Of a stretch of DNA of 64,000 bases, positions 55,001 to 64,000 are shown one piece after another. The translations under genes and the position numbers were made by a program. Numbering within the stretch: position 1 is the first letter of the stretch; each line of letters opens with the position of its first letter. The stretch is taken from NCBI GenBank assembly GCA_964247055.1, contig OZ176057.1, positions 2,790,001-2,854,000 of the forward strand, given 5' to 3'. The notes under the pieces are model-generated. The model worked only from the letters and a program-made list of their open reading frames with translations, had not been told where the DNA came from and ran no database searches. Source of the stretch: Paragordius varius (lineage: Eukaryota; Animalia; Nematomorpha).

Positions 55001-58000
55001 ATTATTTTTTTCCAGAATATTCATTGTTGAAGTAATTATGTCGGAATTTCTACCGGGTAGAGAAATAATCTAAAATTTCAATTTTTACTCCGGTTCTGGA
55101 TCAAAATATCTTATTAAAGTGGGAAATAATTTTGTTTCCTTGTGATTTAATGCATCAGTGTATAGCGATATGAAATTAATTTTTAGCAAATCTATTTGTA
55201 TTTCAGAAAATGCATGTAGCGAAAGGACATTGCATACAATGGCTTGTGATTAACGGCGTGAAAAGATAAAACGCCTTCAGCTAGTGCCAAATTCTTTTCT
55301 TCCTCTCCAAATGCGGGTTTTCGATAAAAATCGCTCATTTTGTAAAATGATGCCGCTATATCTAAACATTTTTTTTGTTTCTGTGTTTCCATATGCTTTG
55401 TAATATCATGCCTTGTGCTAAAGTGAATTCCCCCTCGCATAAATAACATTTAACAAATGATTCATTCTTCGTTTTTGATAAAAGTAAATTCTTTCATTAA
55501 TTCATCGTTAAATTTACAACCTCTTTTATACTCATATTTTTAAATAAATATTAGTATAAAAAAATATTATATTACTTAATTTTCTGGACTAAACGTATAT
55601 GCTACCGATTTGTGGTATTAATTTGTCTTTGTGATAATGTTCAGTAGGAGTAGAAAGTGTAGAATCATATGATATAAATTCAAAAATAAAAAATATTTTT
55701 AATTTAAAAATAAAAAATTTTAATTTAAAATTGATATAGCTTTTAAAGATAACCAATGATAAAAAATTTAAACTTTTTTATAATCGTGAAAAAGCGGGAC
55801 ATTTGAAAAACGTAGCGGGACTTTAAGCGTCTAGCGATCCCAAACTTTATATCAGTTGATAATTTTAAAAATTACTAAATAGAAACGAATCAAATTTAAA
55901 TTTATGTTGCTATCCTAGTAAAAAATTCTATAAATAAGCCAAAATATTAGAAAATTTATTTACAAAAAAATCCATATCAAACTACCTCACGCCGCACAAC
56001 ATTATTGCGAAATATCGCGTTTATTACATTTCAATGCTAAATTAAGGCTAATTATTATATTATAATCATATCTAAAAACAAAAATGTCGCTTATAGTTTG
56101 CCTTATTTTAATATTTAGCTGGTGCACACATCTCATGGACTAAATCAGTGGTACTCACCAAAAAAAATTGACGGGCCAAATAAAATATATTTTTTTTCGA
56201 GGGCCATGAACCTAATAATGGCAAATATTCCATAGCTATTTGACACATATGCACTTATTCATACTCTAAATCAGCACAATAGTTTTTGCGGATACATTAT
56301 CCAGCTAAAATCTCGTTTTGCACCATTTAGTTTAAAAAATTAAAATATTTTAATAACAACAGTATTGAACATTAACCAACAATTTTTGACAAATTTGGTT
56401 TCGCCTCATGACTGGCCAATTTTACAGGTTAAGCGATTTCTATATGTATTCTTTACATACTTCATTTTTGAATTGCCCTCTCACACGTGTAAGTCGAGGG
56501 AAAAACAGTTGGGATAACTAGAGCACATTTTTTTATATTTTCATATTAATTTGGCACATCTTGCCAAAACTCTACATATCTTTCTTCCCTAAGATTCTCC
56601 TTGAATATAGCATGAAATGCGCCTGATCAAAACCGAAATGCTTAAGTTGCTTAATATTGGATATATCCATACATGGATTTTCTACGGGTTTAAGCAATTT
56701 TTAATATTTCTTGAAATCTGAATATTATTTCATTAGATAAAAATGTTAATTGATTGTCTATTATTAAATTAATCTCCGCGGTAAATTCCATATTTTCTTC
56801 ATGAATCGTTTTAAGTGTTGGATAGGGGTGTTTTATTTATAAAATCTTGTTTATATATATATATATTTATATATATTAGTTTCCTTCATAAGCAAATATA
56901 TGATTAGCAAATTGGGTTATTATTTTGCTCCCTTGAACTTGTATTAAAAATACTAAGTTTATAAGTAATGTCGCAAAGGTCTAATAAAACCGACTATTTG
57001 TTTCCACTAATTTCCTCGTAAAACTTTCTGTTATCTTTTAAAAAAATTTCATGTCTTTAAACGGAAAATCTTTTTAATACTTTGCTAAGGCTTAGCCATC
57101 TCACAGCGGTGTACAAAAGAATATCATCAAACTCACTGTGGATATCTTTCAAAAAGTTTTTGAAACAGCGGTTGAATTCTCTGCAACGGATGTGGTTAAC
57201 TATATACACAGCGTTTTAATAACTGAATGAAGTGATTCTTTTACACACGAAACCAAGTTTTGCTGATGAATAACGCAGTGAAAGGATAAAATATTTTGCA
57301 AATTATTTGTTTTTCAAAGAGAAATAAATAATTTGTTTATTCCTATCATTGAGGGACAACTATCTGTGCAGATCGAAACCAATTTTTTCATAGATATAAT
57401 ATAATTATCGAAAAAAGTGCTAATTATTTCGTGAAAACTTCCTTTCATGGTATTATTCATTGGTAAAAATTTTAAATATTCCTCGTTGATTATGTTTTCG
57501 TTGCAAAATCGCACGAATAGCGCACATTGAGGTGTTGAACTAATATCAGTGCTAGAATCAATAGCAATACCAAAATATTTGCAGTTTTTCAGAGTCAATG
57601 TATTATTAAAAGTATATTTAGACATATCTTTAATGCGTCGATTGAATCAGAAAGTAAGTTTTTTAATTTGCGCATGATTTGATCTTTATTATGGAATTAA
57701 TTAAATAACAAAGTGCAACCATTTATTAGACATTCTTTTTTAGTTGGGAATGGTTTTATATTTTTTCCTAAAAAATAGCAAATTTCATACGAAGCTAATG
57801 TTAAAGCTTTTTACTGGGAGAAAGCCATATACATAATAGATTTTTCTTTCTGGTATAATTCTTTAATCTTTTTGTATTTTTCGTTTTCCACATTCTGTTA
57901 AATTATGAGAAATTTGGATTGTAAAATGTCTTTCAATATCGTATTTTTTTATACTTATATTGCCTTACATATAAGGGAGGTAACAACATTATAATTTAAA

Positions 58001-61000
58001 ACAACAAAGAATTTTTCTTGCCATTCTTTTTATAAAGGAGCGATTTTCATCGGATAATTTAAGTTTTTTAGCATTAGATGTCATCATTTGAATTTATGTT
58101 TAAATATTAAGTAAATTTTACCAAAAAATAGGAATATAATTTGAATTATGCTATAAAAAACAGGCCGAAATTTAATTATGTTTATTTGAAAAATATTTTA
58201 TGGGAATGAGTTATAAAAATGATGCAGGGAATGAAAAGAATAATTATATATATATATATATATTATAATATATACAAGTTTATGTGAAAGGCTTGCTTAA
58301 ATACAAAAAAAGAATGCAATAAAAATAAAATAGAAAAGAAAATAGAATACAGAAACAGAAACAACGTGTGCCAAATTTTGAAATCATTTTAATGTAGGGA
58401 AATTTTTCTACATTTCGAATTGGGTAAAAAATAACAATCACTAAAATTAAATCCAAAGAAAATAAATTAATATTAAAATAAGCGAAAATTCGTTTAAGTA
58501 TATTTTAGAATCATCAATAAAAAATTTAAGTATCAATATGGTCAAAGGGCAATTTTAAAGCCCTCTTAGGGCCGCGGTTTGAGTACCACTGGTCTATATT
58601 TTTACCTTGAAGTTCCATAAAATAAATATAAAATAAATCATTTTTATATTTCGGTGCTGTTATAAAAGTGAAAACTTTTGTAATGGTTTTAATTCGTTTT
58701 CCATATTAGAAATAATTGATTATAAACAGACCTGGATTCTCCAATTCAAATTTGATTCGGAGGAGTGAAATGAAAGTGTTGTGTCCAAATGTTAAATAAT
58801 ATTTTAAAAATATATAAAAATATAAACAGAGATTTCAATTATTTTACAATAGCGCACCAATTAAACACTGAGGTATACCATGCAAGAATTCGTTTTTAAA
58901 AGGACTATTTTCTTGTAAAAAAATTAAATCTTACCCTTGGTATTGATAACTCATTTGAGTTGTTAAGACCCCTCCCTTTATTTAAGTAATGTACAATATA
59001 GTGAAAATTAACATAAAATACTTTAAATAAATCCTGATAACATAATATTAATAAAGCTATTTTAATACACTTCTGAATTTATTATAAATTAGTTGATAAT
59101 TTTCTCGCTTTATGTATAAATGTATATCGAATTGATAAAATGCAACAAAGAGTTGTGTGATATTTTTCGGAGATTGTATCCTATGATTTGGGTTGAATTT
59201 TTCCAATTTAATGTATATAACTACAGTATGCGTTTTGATGGTTTCTTATTTCCAGGTGCAATTCGCAACACAGTATAGTATGGAAAAGGCAACAAAATGT
59301 TCAAAAAACAATTTATTCCTTTCTTTTTTCCATACACTCCTGTGTTGCAAATTGCCCAACAGTAGTGTGAAATAAGCAACCATTAGAATGCATACTATAT
59401 GACCAAGTTATCAAAATGATTTTCCAAAAATTCCTTGTTTACATAATAGGCGAAAATGTGCCTTGCAAATTTTTGAGAATCAGAAATGAAACTTTACTTT
59501 TTACGAATCCAGAATAAGAAGATAATCAAAGATACATCACAAATTTTATTAAAATTTATTTAAACCTTTTGTTTAAACACTAAAAAAATAGTTTCTTCAT
59601 TTTGGTTTATGCCTAAAGAAATAGAAAAAAGAAGTTAATTTAAAGTGGGGCGAAGAAAAGCCGTTTTTCCCAATATACAAATTTTATCTGCTTGTAAATA
59701 ATCTCACATAATTACAGTAAAAATTGAAATTATACGAACAAATCTTAATATAAAGAAAGATATTTTTTTAAAAGACAACAAACCTGCTTTTTTAACCATA
59801 AATTTTTTATAAATAAATTATTTAATTACGATTGTTAAATATACATTTATTCATACTTTGCATTCTAAACAATGAGTTATAAGTAAAAAAAGTAACATAT
59901 AAAAAGTATGAATTGGATGTCGGAAAAATATATTATATTTTCGCGTTTTATCCTTAAAATTTCAATTTTACCTGTATGTAATAGGCTGTCCAAAGGCATA
60001 CTGTAACTGCAAATGTCCACCTTGTATTTGTCCGAAATGTCCTTGTAAAAAGAAACGCAGTAGCCCAGACGAAGATTTTTATACCCCAGAAAATTTTGTT
60101 AAATTGTGCGGACCAAGTGAATCATTTTTATTTTACCTTTTTTAACTAGACGCATAAAAATAAAATTATAAATTATTATTATTAATATTATTAAGTAGTT
60201 TATGCTTCACTCCTTTTGAATTTGGTTTGTTATTACCGTTTTTAAATGATCAAATCCATCCGCATTTCTATATAGTTCTATTTCAATTGACAAAAAAGTT
60301 TTGAACTCAAATTTTAATTCTTTGATACGACGGCTAATAAATTTAGTATTATCTGGTATAAAACCGGCCTTTACCCTTAATTTAATATTCGATTATAGTT
60401 ATAAAAGCCTCGGTCTTCATACCGTTAAAAATGCGGCTTAAATTAATCATGAAATATTTTATTCAGAATGTCCCAAGCTAAAATGTCCGCTAAAATGTCA
60501 AATATATGAACGGGATAAAAATGGATGCCCTATTTGCAAGTGCAAAGGTATAACAAATATTTTTTTTCCTAAAATTTAATTCTTTCTTATTAACAATTTT
60601 TTGGAGTTATATATAGTTAGTCGTTCCTTGACAACTACGCAAATATAATTTTAAAATTAATTTTTTGAATGTTAGTATGCCCGAAAATGAAATGTGATTT
60701 GGTGTGCCCAGATGGTTATGTTTATGTACAAGGATGTCGAACATGTGCTTGTAAAGGTTTAATTAACATTCATATTTTTATACTTTATTTTTAAGGGTTT
60801 GATTTAAAAATAAGTGTTTAGGCAAACATATAGTATTGAATTCAAATTTATCAAAATTATAATTGTAAACAAATTAAAAATCGATTTACAGTATAAGTTA
60901 ATTTACATGGCTAATTTATAACCAGATAGCAAATAAAACTTAATAGCTTTATTATTGACTAATAGCAGAAAAAAGCGAAATAACTAAAATATGTATTTAT

Positions 61001-61839
61001 AACAATTAAACAAATTCATTTTGGCATAATTGAACTCTATTTTTTTGTTAAAACGGTAAAAAACGCCCGCCACATCTTATTATTATAAACGATAGCCAAT
61101 AAAAGAGAACATCTTGTAAATTATCATTTTTTGAATGTGTTTAGGCTGTCCAGGAGTTAGATGTGAATGTCCACCATGCCCACCATGCATCTGCCCTACC
61201 TGTAGACCACCCAAACCACCGATTAAAACTTGTAAGACTACACCAAAAACAACCACTAGTGAACCGGTCACAGTAACTACAGAATCAGCTCATTATCATG
61301 AAACAACTGATTTAGAATCGAGTACTACAGTTGGCCATAAAAGTACTGACACAACTGTAGAAGTAACAAAAAAAATATGTCATCACCATGACAACGGAGA
61401 ACATTCCACCACTCATGATCACACTCGCTCAACTAGTACGGAAACAAGCAGTACAACACATTGCCCAAGACGTACCATACGATTAACGATGGGAACAAAA
61501 GCGCCCCCACCCCGCTTTCCAAACCCGGGTTGTCCCACAAGAAGGCGTCCGAAAAATTGTAAGCAACATGAGACAACTGTAAATACCAACCATATCAATA
61601 ATGAAGAACGTCATTCTACAACTGAAGGGACTGCACCTAGAAAAATACCTAAAGGATTGTCCATAAAACATGACGAAGAACATCATACAACTGCCATCCA
61701 TAATGTTATAATTAAATTGCCCATAAATAAGGGGACAGGAGATAAATGTTTGACACCTGTGGTGTTGCCAATTAAACCCCCGTGTGGCCCTAGAAAGGCT
61801 GGTTATTTGAGTAAAAACATTTATATGGGACACAACTAA
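52098..61839 (+). CDS. Secreted Cys-rich antistasin-like / mucin-like protein (389 aa). Exons: 52098-52173, 52997-53017, 53090-53173, 59985-60116, 60467-60547, 60676-60756, 61145-61839
   Basis: Exon 1 is a signal peptide, MRIFTLFCFVIIGLTIIVKTDA-GSS. All six introns are GT-AG and phase 1. The spliced length of 1170 nt is open to TAA. Three exons encode antistasin-like C-x4-C-x3-C...C-x-C modules. Linkage across the 6.8-kb intron and the true C-terminus are inferred. Confidence 0.78.
52358..52579. mobile_element. MITE family A, copy 2 (intron 1)
   Basis: ~50-bp TIRs ...GAAATTATACGGACAAAACG / CGTTTTGTCCG...TTTCAAT; TA-flanked. Confidence 0.65.
52645..52837. mobile_element. Near-palindromic Tc1-type MITE (intron 1)
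   Basis: TACAGTATGAGTAAGTATACGTTGCCAGAAAG... / ...CTTTCTAGCAATGTATACTTACCCATACTGTA; arms ~90 bp. Confidence 0.8.
53773..55821 (-). mobile_element. hAT (TAGGGTGACCAG-type) copy 2, right end truncated (intron 3)
   Basis: Begins TAGGGTGACCAG and is collinear with 205-350 and then ~1230-3405 of copy 1. Terminal TIR missing. Confidence 0.85.
56146..58591 (-). mobile_element. hAT (Buster-like) copy 2 (intron 3)
   Basis: TIR CAGTGGTACTCA / TGAGTACCACTG. Degenerate TSD GACTAAAT / GTCTATAT. ORF 57314-57625 contains YFGIAIDSSTDIS. Confidence 0.88.
59222..59399. mobile_element. Near-palindromic Tc1-type MITE (intron 3)
   Basis: TACAGTATGCG...GCAACACAG / CTGTGTTGC...GCATACTATA arms. Confidence 0.7.
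59713..59976. mobile_element. MITE family A, copy 3 (intron 3)
   Basis: TACAGTAAAAATTGAAATTATAC... / ...TTTCAATTTTACCTGTA. Ends 6 nt before the AG acceptor of exon 4. Confidence 0.6.
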
Positions 61840-64000
61840 TATACATTATATACTTCATATTATGCACCCTAACTTTGATATTTAACGTTTTTTAAAATTG
61901 TAAACTAGTTAAAGTTTTTAAATAAAATTACCTATTATATAATAATGATTGCAGGCTTACTAAGATAGATTTATAATAATACAACCCTGATTTTCACCAA
62001 TTATAATAAAAATGTTGCGCATACTTTATAAATGTTTAACTTCATGAATAAATTATATAAAAATGCTTCTTTTTATAAATAAATGGTTAATGTTTTATTT
62101 TTCAGATCCTTTTAGCACTTTTTAACCTATACTTTTATTAATATGTTCTTAAATGTTTTCAGATGTCTTACGTAAAAAATGTGATTTAGATTTAGTGTTT
62201 ATCATTGAACGATATTTGGTACCAGTATTGCGATGTTAAACACATAGGAAAGACGTAAGCCATGAATACGTCTATCCACGTATATGAAAGCAGACCCCAG
62301 GCTAACTCTCAAAAAGGATGTTAAATTATATTCAGAAAAAAAAATTTGTGATAATAAGTAAAAAAATGTTTGATATATTTAGTTCTGCAACCCTGAACTA
62401 ACCCATGTCATATAAAATTTTAAAAATGCTCGACATGAGATGATTTTTCGATGTTTGAATAAAGCCCTAGTTTTTAAATCTTTATTGACTTAAGTTTGGC
62501 TAATTCTTCAATAAACTCACAGTTTTTGGGTAATGGAAACGTCATAATGAATGCAAAAATAGTAAATATAAAAATCATAATTTACTTTTACCAATTTTTT
62601 ATCATCATTATATTCATATATATTAAATTTTAATCGAAATATTTATTTTAAATAAATTATTAAAAGTTCATGAGCGAATATAGTGACCAATGTCTTTTTC
62701 CCTATCAGAGTGATTATTGGTAGAAATGGTTAGGGTTCACTTTTCATGTTAGAACGACTAAATTATATCCAGGTATGAAATAGCTTTCACAATCCAAAAT
62801 TTTTTTAAAAAAACACATACAATATAAAGTAATCCAGTTAAAATTAACTGATATTATAAGAAATACTGAAATTTGATATGGTCAAATTTTCCTCCATTAT
62901 TACTAACTAAAAATTATTCTGTAGTCGCCCATTCAATAAAATACATTTCTGTAGCTCATAGAAATTATTTTTAATTCCTCAATTCAAAAATTTGTTAACT
63001 TAGCTTAAATATTACCACATTTTTGTTACTCGAGTATTAATGTATAGTTTGGCCTTTTAAGCTGCATACTACAATTATTTTTTACAAAATATTTTTTATT
63101 TTTTAGTGTATAATATATTAGAAGGATTGAGTTTCCATATAAATAACCACATTTTGTAAATTATGCAATTATATTCGTGAACTGGGTAAAATATTCATAT
63201 ATTGGCATCTTAGAAGCTGACCTATATCTCAAAACAAAATACCACCCCTATTACAAAAACTAGAAATAATTATATTATTATACAGTAAATAAAATTATAC
63301 AGACAAATAATTAGAGACCAATTTTTTGTAAAGAACATGCCTTTTTAAACTCGAATGATTTATCTAAATTATATACCGTTTTGTGTTCGATAAACATGTA
63401 AATTGGTACCACACCAATTATAAATTTGAAACTGTAATTATATAGTTTATATAAGAAAAATCAAGAGTGTAATTGTCCTTTTTAAAAATCTCAGCAATTA
63501 ATTTTTTATGTTGCCGACGAATCTTTATGGTAACGTTTTACCAATTCATGTTTGGGGTAGCTTTATACCCCTGAGCCATTTAAAATTTAAACATCTTAAA
63601 AATTATTTTTAGCATTGAGCTAAATTAAAAGATATGCTTTATTTAGCCTTTAGGCCTGATAAAAATATTTTAAAACAACTGGATAATTATCTTCTTAACT
63701 TTTCCGTCGCCATTTTCTTTCTTTAATTCGCTTGTGTAAACAGGCATATAAATCTATATAAAAATAATAACTACCAGAAATTTTTTTATATGTTTATTGT
63801 AATTTCATTTGGCCTTGGAGTATCTTATGAGACACTAGATGTTAACAAATTGTAAAAATTTGGAGTGTTATGTCCCATACAGGAGAAGAGAGTTTGATAA
63901 GTTAATTTAACTAAAAACAACTTTCTAAACAATAGTTGGTTTATAATTTATGCTCTGGGATAGAAAACTAACCCATAATGTCATTGCGTACAAAATAGAA

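Noticed and set aside
61483-61833. 116-aa antisense ORF over the last exon, and similar antisense ORFs over TE genes
   Set aside because: These are shadow ORFs of real coding sequence with no recognisable motifs.

Overview
Very AT-rich eukaryotic (animal-like) genomic DNA. Most of the window is a nested transposon graveyard: hAT, Helitron, Ty3/Gypsy, Penelope, RTE, Tc1/IS630, MITEs, a palindromic foldback family and a tRNA-derived SINE. Two host genes are supported. (1) A 5-unit polyubiquitin gene (18208-20187, +) in which every ubiquitin monomer is its own exon, with a phase-1 intron splitting each internal Gly76 codon. (2) A 7-exon gene largely invisible in the ORF track (52098-61839, +), reconstructed by hand as a 389-aa secreted protein: signal peptide, three antistasin-like modules, two CPPC-rich modules, a KKKR site and a Thr/His-rich tail, with all introns in phase 1. 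The only intact TE ORF is an RTE LINE (21290-24184, -). Notable TE structures: tail-to-tail inverted self-copies inside both a Helitron and a hAT element (Mu-killer-like), a fully palindromic ~1.2-kb CACTGTG-ended element, a ~505-bp tandem array of Helitron 5' ends, a hammerhead-ribozyme core in Penelope terminal repeats, and two insertions at near-mirror positions in the two TIRs of one Tc1-like element. All alignments were made by eye; boundaries marked ~ are approximate.
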